A DNA stretch of 64,000 nt from a virus (IMGVR_UViG_3300033489_000001:126023-190022); one strand, 5' to 3'; positions 36,324 through 46,835 are shown, counted from the first letter of the stretch. Translations and numbers: made by a program. Notes: generated by a model from the sequence alone, not told the origin.

Positions 36324-36848
36324 ATGACAAATGAAAATAAGGCAAGTGACAGTTTTGAATTCGTGGCTTTCCACATACTAACCAAGTTAGGCTGGCAACA
36401 AGAAGGGGAATATTATACTCTTGGGGGAGGGGATTTCTGCACGGTAAGCGATGCCTTAAGGCAAGAAGCTCAACGGTTGTTAGATCTTGCCAAGGCGTTA
36501 GAAAAGCCAAAGGGTAATGTTTTTATTCCTCAAGAAGATAAACAAGAGTCGATAGAGTTCACTCAATTTTTGCTACCTAATGGGCGTCGTGAGCAGGTTC
36601 GCATTCCGGTTGATAAAGAGATCTATGGTCTTGCTTCGCAACTAACTACCAAGGGATATCGTTTTGAGATAGAAGTCCTTAGGACGGGGCATGTGTCTAT
36701 GGAGGTATGCCGAGAGACGGAAGAGGGGGAAGCAGAGGTTTTGGCTAACGAGATAGTTCCTAACGGCCCCGAAATACCAGAGGCCGTTAACCGGATGATT
36801 CGATCGGCTACGACAGCATTAAAATCCAAAGCACTTCAAATGCAGTAA
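36324..36848 (+). CDS. KLGW-family protein
   Basis: 174 aa; LTKLGWQQEGEYYTLGG. Confidence 0.55.
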   Translation: MTNENKASDSFEFVAFHILTKLGWQQEGEYYTLGGGDFCTVSDALRQEAQRLLDLAKALEKPKGNVFIPQEDKQESIEFTQFLLPNGRREQVRIPVDKEIYGLASQLTTKGYRFEIEVLRTGHVSMEVCRETEEGEAEVLANEIVPNGPEIPEAVNRMIRSATTALKSKALQMQ

Positions 36849-37037
36849 TCCAAAACGAAGCGTACTATTGGCTGTTTGCTTGTGGGCATTTTTTAAGTTC
36901 ACAATAAACTTTTGAACGTCACTAAAATCCCGCATCGTTACTTGAATATCGGTTGTAGCCGCACCTAATCGTCTTACTATGTTCTCGGTCATCTTTATTG
37001 GATTGGGCAAGTCTTTTGAAGGTTTCATTATGTGCTT

Positions 37038-37256
37038 CTAGGTTAGTTCTAGCGTTGCAGTTTCCAGGTCATACCCTATTACAGAATCTTTTGTGTAACG
37101 AATCAAACCACGGGCTATGAGGACGTCTCGAGCCCTACCCAGTTCGGTGAAGCCATAGCCGGTTTCCATGGAAACCTGGACTAAGCTAGAGATAGAATAT
37201 CTCAAGATGTTTTCGTATAAGAGGAGGGTTATTTTTTGTTCTTTAGTTAGCCACAT
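37038..37256 (-). CDS. possible winged-helix DNA-binding protein
   Basis: 72 aa; helix-turn-helix-like GFTELGRARDVLIARGLI. Confidence 0.35.
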   Translation of the reverse strand: MWLTKEQKITLLLYENILRYSISSLVQVSMETGYGFTELGRARDVLIARGLIRYTKDSVIGYDLETATLELT

Positions 37257-37257
37257 A

Positions 37258-37557
37258 CTAAACAGATTTACGAATAAATAATTTTAGAACTGCCAATTCC
37301 CGAGCAACACCACGACCGAGTCTGTTCTCATGTTGAATGAGAGTATCGAAAGTAGCGGTGATAAGGTCTTTTAAGTTTCTGACTGCCTCGTCTGCGGTTT
37401 CTCCAAAAGCAGTCAAGTTTGCATCCCAGAAATCTGCTCGAAACTCATTTTCGTAGGGCTGAACGGTAACTTGAATTGGCTTGATAACCTCTAGGTTCTC
37501 CGCTGGGGCCATCGTAGTAAAGCTCACAATAAGCGAAGTGTTTGAGTCATGGAGCAT
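37258..37557 (-). CDS. hypothetical protein
   Basis: 99 aa. Confidence 0.45.
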   Translation of the reverse strand: MLHDSNTSLIVSFTTMAPAENLEVIKPIQVTVQPYENEFRADFWDANLTAFGETADEAVRNLKDLITATFDTLIQHENRLGRGVARELAVLKLFIRKSV

Positions 37558-37595
37558 GAGCGGGAGCCTTTTAAAAGTGTACTTACATTTAAATT

Positions 37596-37820
37596 TTAGA
37601 CTATCACTCGGTCTCTTACTACTGAGAACAGTTCATGTAGTTGGACTGCATATTCTAGTTCGTCATTGTCACAAATGCGAAGGGCAATAAGCTTTGGGTG
37701 ATGCCCGCGATGCATGACAGGTTGACAGTATTTCCAGCAAATGTGGGGCTCGCCTTTGACCTGATTTTGTTCGGTTGGATCTAAGTGAGGGCAGTTAGGT
37801 TTACAGTATCTTGCAGTCAT
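37596..37820 (-). CDS. Cys/His-rich small protein
   Basis: 74 aa. Confidence 0.4.
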   Translation of the reverse strand: MTARYCKPNCPHLDPTEQNQVKGEPHICWKYCQPVMHRGHHPKLIALRICDNDELEYAVQLHELFSVVRDRVIV

Positions 37821-38083
37821 TTTAGTCTCGGATCATGGAGTTCTTTAGAAGCACATTTACTTCCGTAATAGCCGTAGTAGGGGCAGCTTATGCATCTTAT
37901 AGCTATCTGGAATATTCTCAGGTGCTTTTTTGCAAATATCATGCCCATGCCGGTACATGCGGTCCAAGACAGTATCCAGACTTCGCCTGGTAGGACTTGG
38001 GGATTGAAAAACGGATAGACAACCCACAGAACTGGGATGAGTAACCCTAGGATAAAGAAGTAATGGTGTGTTCTACTGGTCAA
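37817..38083 (-). CDS. small membrane protein
   Basis: 88 aa. Confidence 0.4.
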   Translation of the reverse strand: MTSRTHHYFFILGLLIPVLWVVYPFFNPQVLPGEVWILSWTACTGMGMIFAKKHLRIFQIAIRCISCPYYGYYGSKCASKELHDPRLK

Positions 38084-38404
38084 AAGGAGTCTAGTTTTTC
38101 TTTGGCTAATACGTGAGCCCGTTGAGTGATGGGAGCATCTTCAGGACTTGGATAGAACCATTTTGGAAAGGTCCATTTCAATTACAGGAGAGACCTAAGT
38201 CTCTCCCTGATCTTCCCTAAAGGAAGGTTCACTTGATTCCTTAAGTTTTTTACTACAACAAGGATTAATGCTGTAAACCCAATAAACTTGCTTTTTCAAG
38301 GAGCAACTAAACTAGGTTTAGTCCGAGATCAATAGTTTGAATGAAGATGTATAAGAGGTCAAGAGCAACTTTTCCGGTGTATCTAAGGGGATAAGGAGCA
38401 TTCT

Positions 38405-39313
38405 ATGGCACATCTTGGGGACAAAGTTTTAGGTGATCCCATTGCACGGGCTGTTGATTCTCTGACCAAACTTGGGTGGAAGAGCGATAATAACTATCGT
38501 TATTATATGCCCTTAGCGTACGGCCAACTAACCCGAACATATACCATTAGGGACGCTTTAGAGATTGAAGCACAGTTCCTTTTAGGTTTACGAGAGCAAA
38601 TTGAGGGATTAAAGGAAAAGGATGTCCCTCCTAGTGGTTCAGCCGAAGAGTCTGCTACCAATCTAGAGAAAACGTTACCTAAAGACCTCCTAGCGGCTCT
38701 TAGAACGATTTTTAGCCGGTTGGTGGAGTTAGAGGCTTACAAGGAAACCGCCGTTGGGATTACGAATAAATTGATAGAGCGATCACAGTACTTTGAGCGT
38801 AAGCTTTCGGAATCTGAGTCAAAAGCCGAGACTCCTGAACCTTCTGGTAGTTCCAAAGAAGACCCCGCCACCAAGTTAAAGGACGAGCGATTGGAGCACC
38901 TTAAGAAAAAGGCACAAGAAACGTTAGAGAAGTTGGGGTGGAAAAGAGATGGGGATTGGTATCATATGCTCTGGCGGGAAGGTTTCCCCAGTTATCCCCC
39001 CTACTCACCTGTATCTGCTTTAATTTTTGAGAAAGATCAGATAATCAATTTATTAACGGCCTTCGAATCGCTTTCCAAGTCTCCTGAATCCTCTACTGGT
39101 TCAGAAGAATCTTCTGTCCCTCCTATTAGCCCCAAGGAAACGCTCCCTATCAATAAGCTAGAGGATATGATATCCGAAACCCTTCTACAGACTCTCAGAG
39201 GAAATAGGCCTGGTTGCACGGAGTGGGAAAAACAAGCAGCGTTAGAGGAAGTACTAGGGGAGCTTTATAGCCGAAGTTTCAATTACAGGAGAGATCCTAA
39301 GATCCCTCCCTAA
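38405..39313 (+). CDS. KLGW-family protein with two KLGW modules
   Basis: 302 aa; LTKLGWKSDNNY and LEKLGWKRDGDWY modules; S/E-rich linker. Confidence 0.6.
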   Translation: MAHLGDKVLGDPIARAVDSLTKLGWKSDNNYRYYMPLAYGQLTRTYTIRDALEIEAQFLLGLREQIEGLKEKDVPPSGSAEESATNLEKTLPKDLLAALRTIFSRLVELEAYKETAVGITNKLIERSQYFERKLSESESKAETPEPSGSSKEDPATKLKDERLEHLKKKAQETLEKLGWKRDGDWYHMLWREGFPSYPPYSPVSALIFEKDQIINLLTAFESLSKSPESSTGSEESSVPPISPKETLPINKLEDMISETLLQTLRGNRPGCTEWEKQAALEEVLGELYSRSFNYRRDPKIPP

Positions 39314-39620
39314 TCTTTCCTAAGAGAAAGGTTCACTTGATTCCTCAAGTTTTTTACTACAGCAAGGATTAGTGCTGCAAACCCAATAAACTTGTTTTTC
39401 AAGGAGCAACTAAACCAAAGTTTAGTCCGAGATCAAAAGCCTGAATTAAGGTAAAGGAAAAGTCAAGAGTACCTTTTGTGTAAAGTCTAAGGTGTACCTA
39501 TATCAACGGTGTAAACATTTTCTATAGATCCATGCCTGTCTTTTCTTTGACTCTGAGAAAGACTTAACGAAGGATACAGATCCTACATTTCACAAAGGGC
39601 AATGGAGATAAGGACTAGTT

Positions 39621-40382
39621 ATGGCTTACCCTTATGACAAAATTATTTGTGATCCTCTAAAGTGGGCTAGACTTTATCTGTTTAAGTTGGGTTGGACACA
39701 AAACGGTGATGAGTATTACATAGAGCCCGACCAACTTCAAGGAAGGACATATAAGCTTCGGGAGGCGTTAGAGATTGAGGCGGAGTTTCTTTTACGCTTA
39801 CGGAAGCAGCTTATGCCGGATTTGTGTGCAAAGCCCCATGATTCAGAGGAGGAAGAAACTAAAGGCAACCTAGAGGCTCCTGAGCCAATGCCTGGCACTA
39901 TGGAACTAGCTTGCACTCAAGCTCAATCTGTCTTGTCTAAATTGGGTTGGGCAGTACGTGGTGACCGTTACTATGTACCGGGGGATCCGCTTAATTCTAA
40001 ACGAAATTTTTCAATTGAGGGAGCTTTAGAAAGGGTCAAGTTGATGATAATCAATTTACAGAAGGCTTTTGGACCTCTCCCTGTATCTTTTATTAAAGAC
40101 GTTCCAGATGCTTTTAAAGTTATAGAATTAGAGGAACTTTCTCACCCTAAAGACAAACCCGGTAGGAAGAAAGTGAAGCTTACCGGAGCGGCCGAAGGTG
40201 GAAGGACTATTGTTGCGGGTCAATGTGCAATGGTAAGCGACTTCCGAACTTGCGGAGAGAAGTGTCCATTTTTTTATGTGACGGAAAGCCGGGGAGCTAC
40301 GGTAGTGGAGTTACGTTGCGTTTCGGCATCCGATCCAACTCTCTTAGATGTAGAGGGTTTCGTGCCTATTACGGAGAAATAG
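39621..40382 (+). CDS. KLGW-family protein with two KLGW modules
   Basis: 253 aa; LFKLGWTQNGDEYY and LSKLGWAVRGDRYY modules; upstream ~120 bp duplicated from 38.2 kb. Confidence 0.6.
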   Translation: MAYPYDKIICDPLKWARLYLFKLGWTQNGDEYYIEPDQLQGRTYKLREALEIEAEFLLRLRKQLMPDLCAKPHDSEEEETKGNLEAPEPMPGTMELACTQAQSVLSKLGWAVRGDRYYVPGDPLNSKRNFSIEGALERVKLMIINLQKAFGPLPVSFIKDVPDAFKVIELEELSHPKDKPGRKKVKLTGAAEGGRTIVAGQCAMVSDFRTCGEKCPFFYVTESRGATVVELRCVSASDPTLLDVEGFVPITEK

Positions 40383-40603
40383 ACTACCTTATACGGCTGG
40401 TTGTACTTGTCAAAATGACAGCTAATTACGATGAGAGTATTCAAGATTGGGATGAAGAGGTACAGGGCTGGCAATTAATATGGTACCTATTAATTGATAT
40501 AGCTTTGAACGCCGATAAGCTACCGAAAGAGGAAGTTATTAGGCAATCGCAGGCTTGGCGTTCATTTTTAAAGTTGTCTTTCAATTGCTAAATGAAGTGA
40601 GTC

Positions 40604-40834
40604 ATGGCCATAGGCGAAACAATTCAAATAACTCATGAGAACGTCTATCAATGCCGTGACGCCTTAGGGGAGCTAGAGAAGCGGACAGATGAGTTTGCTA
40701 AGATGACCCGGCGGTATCCGATTGAGTGTGAGTTCGCGGGTTATAGGTTCGTGTTCGCAAATAGAGGGGATATAAATTCTCTTATCTCTACGCTCAAAGG
40801 CAAGGTTGAGAGGTACTTAAAATGTCTAGATTGA
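40604..40834 (+). CDS. hypothetical protein
   Basis: 76 aa. Confidence 0.45.
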   Translation: MAIGETIQITHENVYQCRDALGELEKRTDEFAKMTRRYPIECEFAGYRFVFANRGDINSLISTLKGKVERYLKCLD

Positions 40835-41031
40835 TACCTAGCGCTCGGTACTCAAATGAGTGTCTTACAGAGTATCGCCCTTGGGCGACGGATTTACAGC
40901 AATGGCAAAGGCTATGGTACCAATTGTTTGCGTTGGCTTTAAACCCTGATGGGATTCCTCAGGAAGAGGTTGCTCGACTTATGGACAGTGTTTATTGGAC
41001 CCTAGGTGTAAGGTTTGGTTGTTGGTGTTAG
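40822..41031 (+). CDS. hypothetical protein
   Basis: 69 aa. Confidence 0.4.
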   Translation: MSRLIPSARYSNECLTEYRPWATDLQQWQRLWYQLFALALNPDGIPQEEVARLMDSVYWTLGVRFGCWC

Positions 41032-41366
41032 AAGACTTAATCCTGAGGGAGAAGGTTAAAGGGTGGCTTATGCTGACAATCCAAGGAAATTGCTCTGTTT
41101 GCGGTTCATATCATTCCGGAACTGGCCTTTGTTATGGAACTAGTTTTTATCATAGTTTGACTGCTCTTCCGACCTATATTTATGGGCCTAAGATCAATTT
41201 GGTTATTACCCCAACTCGTTACGGGTACGTCCCGGAGTATGAGCCGTGTCCGAGTTGTTATGGGACGGGTATCTGTACTTATTTGACTACGAACATTTGG
41301 GACCCCATACCTTGTTTCATGTGCAGTGGAAGCGGGCGGAGGTTCGTTAGGTGGAAACCTCTATGA
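40995..41366 (+). CDS. Cys-rich putative Zn-binding protein
   Basis: 123 aa; multiple CxxC. Confidence 0.45.
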   Translation: MDPRCKVWLLVLEDLILREKVKGWLMLTIQGNCSVCGSYHSGTGLCYGTSFYHSLTALPTYIYGPKINLVITPTRYGYVPEYEPCPSCYGTGICTYLTTNIWDPIPCFMCSGSGRRFVRWKPL

Positions 41367-41644
41367 TGTTTACGTCATCGGTGGGGACAATAGGGATAAA
41401 AGTTAGAGTTCCTGCTTATGGTTGTGTTGGTTGTCAATTCTTAGGAAAAAGATTCTTTGGATTACAACGAGTATGCCGTCTTGGTAAGCCACAAAAGTTG
41501 GTAACATTCACCAAATTCAATCTAACGATATTTTACCATGATGGGAGAAAGAAACCTCTCGTTATAGTGGAAACAGAATCTTGTAAAGAACGAAAACGTA
41601 ATTCAGGCGAGCTATTTGAATTTCCTCCTCAACGTAAGAATTAG
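41351..41644 (+). CDS. hypothetical protein
   Basis: 97 aa. Confidence 0.4.
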   Translation: METSMMFTSSVGTIGIKVRVPAYGCVGCQFLGKRFFGLQRVCRLGKPQKLVTFTKFNLTIFYHDGRKKPLVIVETESCKERKRNSGELFEFPPQRKN

Positions 41645-41654
41645 CTAGAAACTT

Positions 41655-42098
41655 ATGCCTATTTTTTCCCTCACTCCCCGGCAAAGGAAAGCTTTTGAAG
41701 TTCTTACCTGGCTTCACTCAGTTGATGATTCTTCTCGTAGAACAGGGCGTTCTTTCGTGATGGCCTTGAGCCTTCTTCATGAGATGGTAGTTACTCAACG
41801 TTACCACTGGATTGATATTGTTGACCATGTTGCAACCCATGGGAGTAATAACTTTCTAAAAGAAGGCGTTCTTCAAATAGCAGAGGGCCTTGGAATTTTT
41901 TCAAGTATTGAGCAAAACAGAACTAGTGTAGCTAGGATACGGATACGGCCTGGTTATCAAATTCCTCCGGAAGTTATAGAGGCTCTTACAGTGTTTGGAA
42001 ATATAGCAGAAACGGTTCCTATGTTTCCAACTCCCGAGCAGGAAGCTTTAGAACCTAAGAGGACTCTATGGGATTGTCTTACGGAGGAAGAGGACTAA
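41655..42098 (+). CDS. hypothetical protein
   Basis: 147 aa. Confidence 0.5.
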   Translation: MPIFSLTPRQRKAFEVLTWLHSVDDSSRRTGRSFVMALSLLHEMVVTQRYHWIDIVDHVATHGSNNFLKEGVLQIAEGLGIFSSIEQNRTSVARIRIRPGYQIPPEVIEALTVFGNIAETVPMFPTPEQEALEPKRTLWDCLTEEED

Positions 42099-42329
42099 AT
42101 GGAGATGGTTGAGTGTCCAGCTTTACACGCTCGAATTACATTAGCCTCTTGCATCAACCGATGGTGTTTAGCAAATGAACTATGGAGTAATAAGAATGGG
42201 TACAAAAAGGATTTACGATACTTAGTTAAGTACGGTTGTTCTAAGTGTGAACTAGGAGAAGAAAGAAGAGGTCTCGCACTAAAAGCTGGCAAACAAATCT
42301 TGAAGCGAAAGTATCTAAGTAATCTGTAG
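42099..42329 (+). CDS. Zn-ribbon small protein
   Basis: 76 aa. Confidence 0.45.
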   Translation: MEMVECPALHARITLASCINRWCLANELWSNKNGYKKDLRYLVKYGCSKCELGEERRGLALKAGKQILKRKYLSNL

Positions 42330-42370
42330 GTATTGGGTATAAACAATTCGGAAAGAAAAGAAGGAGTTTT

Positions 42371-42625
42371 ATGAAGCAATTCAAGTTTGCGTTAGGTGAA
42401 TTGGTGAAGGATAGAGTAACTGGTTTTTCGGGCGTGGTAGTATGTCAATCCACGTACTTAACAGGATGCTTGCGGTATTCTATTCAATCGCAAAAACTGG
42501 AAAAGGGAGTGCCCACTGATTGGGTACAGCTTGATGAAGACCAGTTAGTTTCGTTGAAAAAGAATATAGATCTCAAAGTGAAAACCCCCGCTGGTCCTCC
42601 TAGATTCGAAGCTGAAAGAAGATAA
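42371..42625 (+). CDS. hypothetical protein
   Basis: 84 aa. Confidence 0.45.
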   Translation: MKQFKFALGELVKDRVTGFSGVVVCQSTYLTGCLRYSIQSQKLEKGVPTDWVQLDEDQLVSLKKNIDLKVKTPAGPPRFEAERR

Positions 42626-42656
42626 GGATATAAACTCACAAAAAAGAGTAAGAGCG

Positions 42657-42884
42657 ATGTCACTAGCTGAAGAAGCAATGGAAGGGTACTGTTGTAGTCG
42701 TTGTGGGACGAAGTTTATAGCTCCGCACGGCTACCCAGTACTCTGTAAAAGCTGTTACCAGTGGGTCCCGCTCATTAAAGAAGGCGGGCTTACTTTGATT
42801 GATGAACCTTACTCTGTAAAAGAAGGTAAGGCATCAAGTAGGCAATGTCCCTCAAAAAGAATGAAAGTCAAGGTATTCTCATGA
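42657..42884 (+). CDS. Zn-ribbon small protein
   Basis: 75 aa; CCSRCG...CKSC; 3' end overlaps conserved non-coding-like block. Confidence 0.4.
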   Translation: MSLAEEAMEGYCCSRCGTKFIAPHGYPVLCKSCYQWVPLIKEGGLTLIDEPYSVKEGKASSRQCPSKRMKVKVFS

Positions 42885-43687
42885 AACCGATAGTTCTAAT
42901 GCGATCTTCTTTAGCCGAACAAGCTGAAAAAGAAGAAGCAGAGCGCCACTTTCAGGTTATAGAAAGGCGAACGCTAATCCCTTCCAACCGGTTGGTCATT
43001 TGCCGGTATTCGGCATTACCTTACTACAAAGAGTTAGAAGAGGATGTCAAAGAATTGGGTAGTCAACTGATCAACAGTTACAACCAACACTTGTTCGTAG
43101 CAGACATGAAGAACTGGTACCCTATATTGGAAGAGTATACCCCTATGACATGGTTTACTCTTGCAGAAGTTCCTTATGGAAGCGGCCCATTTGTTTTGAA
43201 AGGAGCTACTAACTCAAAAAAGAATCAATTTTTCACTCATATGTTTGCCAAAGATAAGCGGGAGGCAATCGAGGTTTTTGGCCGTTTAAGCGATGATGGT
43301 TTTGTGGGTTACCAATCTATTTATATTAGACAATACGCTCGTTTAAGGAAGTTATGTGCCCCAATCACGTCTAACTCTCCGCCGGTCAGTGAGGAGTACC
43401 GGTTCTTCGTTCTGGATGGCCGGATTCTATGCGGGGGCTTTTATTGGAGCGAGTACTTAGATGCTATCCCTGAGAAAGAACAGATAGGGATCAACCAGGT
43501 GCCACTTAACTTCTTGCAAGAAGTTGTCGATTTAGTAGCACCTCACATTCGTTTTTTTGTGCTAGACGTGGCTCGAAGGTTCGATGATCATTGGATCGTA
43601 ATTGAGTTGAATGACGGACAGCAATCTGGTTTATCTTCTATTTCGCTCGCTGAGCTTTATGCCCCCTTAGCGGCTATGCTGGCCTAA
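42845..43687 (+). CDS. ATP-grasp fold enzyme-like protein (probable start at Met 42881)
   Basis: 280 aa; PFVLKGATNS...VGYQSIYIRQY...RFFVLDGRIL...FFVLDVARRFDDHWIVIELNDGQQSG resembles ATP-grasp nucleotide-binding core. Confidence 0.5.
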   Translation: MSLKKNESQGILMKPIVLMRSSLAEQAEKEEAERHFQVIERRTLIPSNRLVICRYSALPYYKELEEDVKELGSQLINSYNQHLFVADMKNWYPILEEYTPMTWFTLAEVPYGSGPFVLKGATNSKKNQFFTHMFAKDKREAIEVFGRLSDDGFVGYQSIYIRQYARLRKLCAPITSNSPPVSEEYRFFVLDGRILCGGFYWSEYLDAIPEKEQIGINQVPLNFLQEVVDLVAPHIRFFVLDVARRFDDHWIVIELNDGQQSGLSSISLAELYAPLAAMLA

Positions 43688-43758
43688 GCTTTTGATAACT
43701 AGACTAGAGGAGTGAACGGGTTTTTTCTATATTACAAATCTAACAAAAGAGGTGACTT

Positions 43759-44721
43759 ATGAGCAATACAAACACTGAAAGACCGCAAGATTTGCTGATC
43801 TATTATGGTTGGTTGAACTCTTTCAACTCAGTCATTAACGGTTGGAGTAATGAGCAGGTTGCTCAGGATATGGCTAAGTATTCGTTGATCGTTCTAGGCG
43901 ATGGCATTCAAGATCCAACGCATGGTGATTATGCTAATTCTTCAATCATTATCCCGCGTATTATGGAACTAAATCCCCATACCCAAATATTTGGGTATGT
44001 TACGGTTAAGCAAGCCCTCACTTCTTTCCAAACCAAGGTTGACCAATGGAACTTGCTAAAGGTTGCGGGCATCTTTATGGACGAAGCAGGTTACGATTAT
44101 GGAACCACACGTATTGTCTTTAACACACTTGTTGACTTCGTTCACGGACGCTCTAAAGCCAACAAATGCTTTGTGAATGCGTGGAATATGGATCACATAC
44201 TCGGAAAAACGGAAGACCCGAGCTACCCAAATTCCATTTGGAACTCCACACTAACCGGATCGCATCTAAACCACGAGGATTGGTACTTGTTAGAAAGCTT
44301 CCCTATCAATACAGCGGCATATGCCGGTAGTTCCGGGTATGAGCCGGTAGCCGATTGGTTCGCACGTGGTCAAAAGGCGAGCCAAAAGAGAACTAAATAC
44401 AGGATCAATATCGCTTCCGTAGGCGTAATTGATAACACAGCTCCTAATGCTCAAACGTTGTTCGATTTTCAGTTCACTTCGGCTATGATGTTCCAGCATC
44501 AAGCTAACGGCTCAAGTGATATAAATTATGGAGCTGGAAGCGCTGTGGTTACATTCTGGACTAGGCCGGACATCTTAGGTCTTGGGAAAGTAACTAGGAA
44601 CGTCCCTCAAGTAGTTGTTGATGCTAGCAACCCAAATGTCTATCTAAAGTACACAGAGTTTGGACGGCTTAGTGCTGACTTTAGTCCAAGTGCTCAGAAT
44701 AGTTCCATAGAGAGTTGGTAG
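43759..44721 (+). CDS. hypothetical protein
   Basis: 320 aa. Confidence 0.55.
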   Translation: MSNTNTERPQDLLIYYGWLNSFNSVINGWSNEQVAQDMAKYSLIVLGDGIQDPTHGDYANSSIIIPRIMELNPHTQIFGYVTVKQALTSFQTKVDQWNLLKVAGIFMDEAGYDYGTTRIVFNTLVDFVHGRSKANKCFVNAWNMDHILGKTEDPSYPNSIWNSTLTGSHLNHEDWYLLESFPINTAAYAGSSGYEPVADWFARGQKASQKRTKYRINIASVGVIDNTAPNAQTLFDFQFTSAMMFQHQANGSSDINYGAGSAVVTFWTRPDILGLGKVTRNVPQVVVDASNPNVYLKYTEFGRLSADFSPSAQNSSIESW

Positions 44722-44847
44722 AGGTCATTAATGACCCTCGTCGATCCGAAAATGGGTTTATAAGAAAGAATCGACTTAAACGCGCGTGTTTGGATCGACG
44801 AGGTGTCCTAATCTTAGTAGTAAAAAATAAATATTATGGATAGATAA

Positions 44848-45243
44848 ATGGTCAAGCGCGTATTAATCTGTGGATCGAGAAATTTTTCAAACAAGACAGT
44901 CATTGAAAACATTATGAAAGGCTTCCTCTCTGATACGGTCATCATTCAAGGTGGGGCTAGAGGAGCCGACGCTTTAGCTAAAGAGATAGCTAAAGCCCTT
45001 CACTTGACTTGCGTGGAGTATCCCGCTGATTGGGCTAAGCATGGCAAAGCTGCGGGGGCTATTCGTAACGCGCAAATGCTGAAGGAAGGCAAGCCTAATA
45101 TTGTCTACGCTTTTTATGAGGTTTATGGGAATAGCCCTGGCACGAGGGACATGGTAACTAAAGCTGAAAAAGCCAAGATTTGTGTCTACGAGTATTCCTC
45201 AGAGGGACCTATAAGCGTTAGCAATTCGGGGAGTGTCTTATGA
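44848..45243 (+). CDS. SLOG-superfamily (DUF2493/YpsA-like) protein
   Basis: 131 aa; ICGSRNF...VIIQGGARGADALA...HGKAAGAIRN pattern. Confidence 0.6.
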   Translation: MVKRVLICGSRNFSNKTVIENIMKGFLSDTVIIQGGARGADALAKEIAKALHLTCVEYPADWAKHGKAAGAIRNAQMLKEGKPNIVYAFYEVYGNSPGTRDMVTKAEKAKICVYEYSSEGPISVSNSGSVL

Positions 45244-45428
45244 GTGCTGAATACTCTGATTGGACCGATGATTCACCAAAGTGTGAATGTGGTCGTCCGT
45301 TATTTGATATTGGAGAACTTCCGATTTTTGACTCTTCTGGGAAGGCAATAGTAAAATGTGACTATTGTGGGCATCCTTACAGCATTGTGCTCAGCATATC
45401 TGTGAGCTATAGCGCGATGAGACTGTGA
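45240..45428 (+). CDS. Zn-ribbon small protein
   Basis: 62 aa; CECG...CDYCG. Confidence 0.4.
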   Translation: MSAEYSDWTDDSPKCECGRPLFDIGELPIFDSSGKAIVKCDYCGHPYSIVLSISVSYSAMRL

Positions 45429-45443
45429 GACAAGAGTCAAGAA

Positions 45444-45737
45444 ATGAAGGCTATTGAGTACGCCAAAAGATTTAAAGACGCCGAAATCCCTTACGATGAA
45501 TTAGATATCATTGTGATGGATTTCATTAGGGAGTCCAAAATCCTCATCAAAGCTCGTAACTGTCAAAGTGATTCTGGTTTAATTTCAATCATCAAAGAAC
45601 TGGATGACAAGTACAGAACCTTTGTGAGACTAACGGGGGATAAGAGGTTGAAACCTAATGGTTTCGTTGCCCTAGTAGGTAAAATGAGTGAGATTGATTT
45701 TGAATCACTCCCCAACAAGCGTACCTCCAATGGGTAG
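45444..45737 (+). CDS. hypothetical protein
   Basis: 97 aa. Confidence 0.45.
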   Translation: MKAIEYAKRFKDAEIPYDELDIIVMDFIRESKILIKARNCQSDSGLISIIKELDDKYRTFVRLTGDKRLKPNGFVALVGKMSEIDFESLPNKRTSNG

Positions 45738-46112
45738 TTCGACGGGATCGGCAGTATACACATAATCGGCAGAGTATTTGTATATGTCTCCGTTGTACCC
45801 GCAAAAATAGCCTTCATTGTCTTTTAGCAAGTGATTACGGCAATACTGAAGCTCATATTCCGAGTGTTTTAATTTCGCTCTTAGACGGGATACTTCCAAG
45901 TTTTTTAGTTGTTGTTCCCGGCAGTACGTGAGCTGTTTTCTCACTTCTCTCAGTCTCATATTTAGACTGGACACTTCCAATTGTAATCCGACAACGGTAA
46001 CCGTAATAGATATCAGACAGCCTGCAACAAGCACCCACGGGGGTATCTTACTTACTAGTTTTCGGAACGTTACCATTTTTCCCCTTGGCTTATTCGAGTA
46101 CGGGTTAAGCAA
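45705..46112 (-). CDS. membrane-anchored coiled-coil protein
   Basis: 135 aa. Confidence 0.45.
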   Translation of the reverse strand: MLNPYSNKPRGKMVTFRKLVSKIPPWVLVAGCLISITVTVVGLQLEVSSLNMRLREVRKQLTYCREQQLKNLEVSRLRAKLKHSEYELQYCRNHLLKDNEGYFCGYNGDIYKYSADYVYTADPVELPIGGTLVGE

Positions 46113-46225
46113 TCCGGAGTCTCCTTAGATACACCATTCATTTTTATCATTAGGTTTAGCTCGTGAATTGTTTTTTAGTGCTACTAAGAAAAGGTAGGCA
46201 TTTCAAATGAATCTTAGTAGTCTTT

Positions 46226-46585
46226 ATGTACTGGCCTTTTGAATGGGATGGGTCTAAGAACTTTTCTATTCCTTTTTATGAGGGGGACGTGGAGAAGCTT
46301 GAGACTACTAGTTTAATTGTCAAGCGTAGATGCGTGGGGCTTTTGAATAGGCTCTTTAGGAATTCCTTTTTAGTTCCTAGTTCAATCAAGAGTTTGCCCG
46401 GCGGGATCCTTTGTTTTATTTATGTTTACCGGACACGGTTGTTGATGGTAGAGATTTGTGAAGATGGGTACACTTCTTTAATCGTGACCGAAGGTGAAGA
46501 TCAAAGGGTCATTCACAAGGAATCCATGGTGGGGGCAGATTTAGAGCAGGCGATGAAGATTTTGGCTAATGGGTTGCGTTCTTAG
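46226..46585 (+). CDS. hypothetical protein
   Basis: 119 aa. Confidence 0.4.
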   Translation: MYWPFEWDGSKNFSIPFYEGDVEKLETTSLIVKRRCVGLLNRLFRNSFLVPSSIKSLPGGILCFIYVYRTRLLMVEICEDGYTSLIVTEGEDQRVIHKESMVGADLEQAMKILANGLRS

Positions 46586-46589
46586 AGAT

Positions 46590-46835
46590 TTATGTAGCTT
46601 CGTCATCACCAGCCGATGTTCCGTAATGAGGCTTTTCTTTTGGGCAATTATGTTTACGTGCCCATAGAATACCCTCTTCAAACATCATTATTGATATCTC
46701 AGAAAGCAGGGCCGTAATTTCTTTGTTAAGATTTATACATGTTGCTGCCACAAATTTTCGAATGAGATCTGAAGCTGCTTCTGCGTCAGAACAACTTTGT
46801 AAACCATTAATCAAAAGTTTTCTAGGAATACTCAT
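46590..46835 (-). CDS. hypothetical protein
   Basis: 81 aa. Confidence 0.4.
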   Translation of the reverse strand: MSIPRKLLINGLQSCSDAEAASDLIRKFVAATCINLNKEITALLSEISIMMFEEGILWARKHNCPKEKPHYGTSAGDDEAT

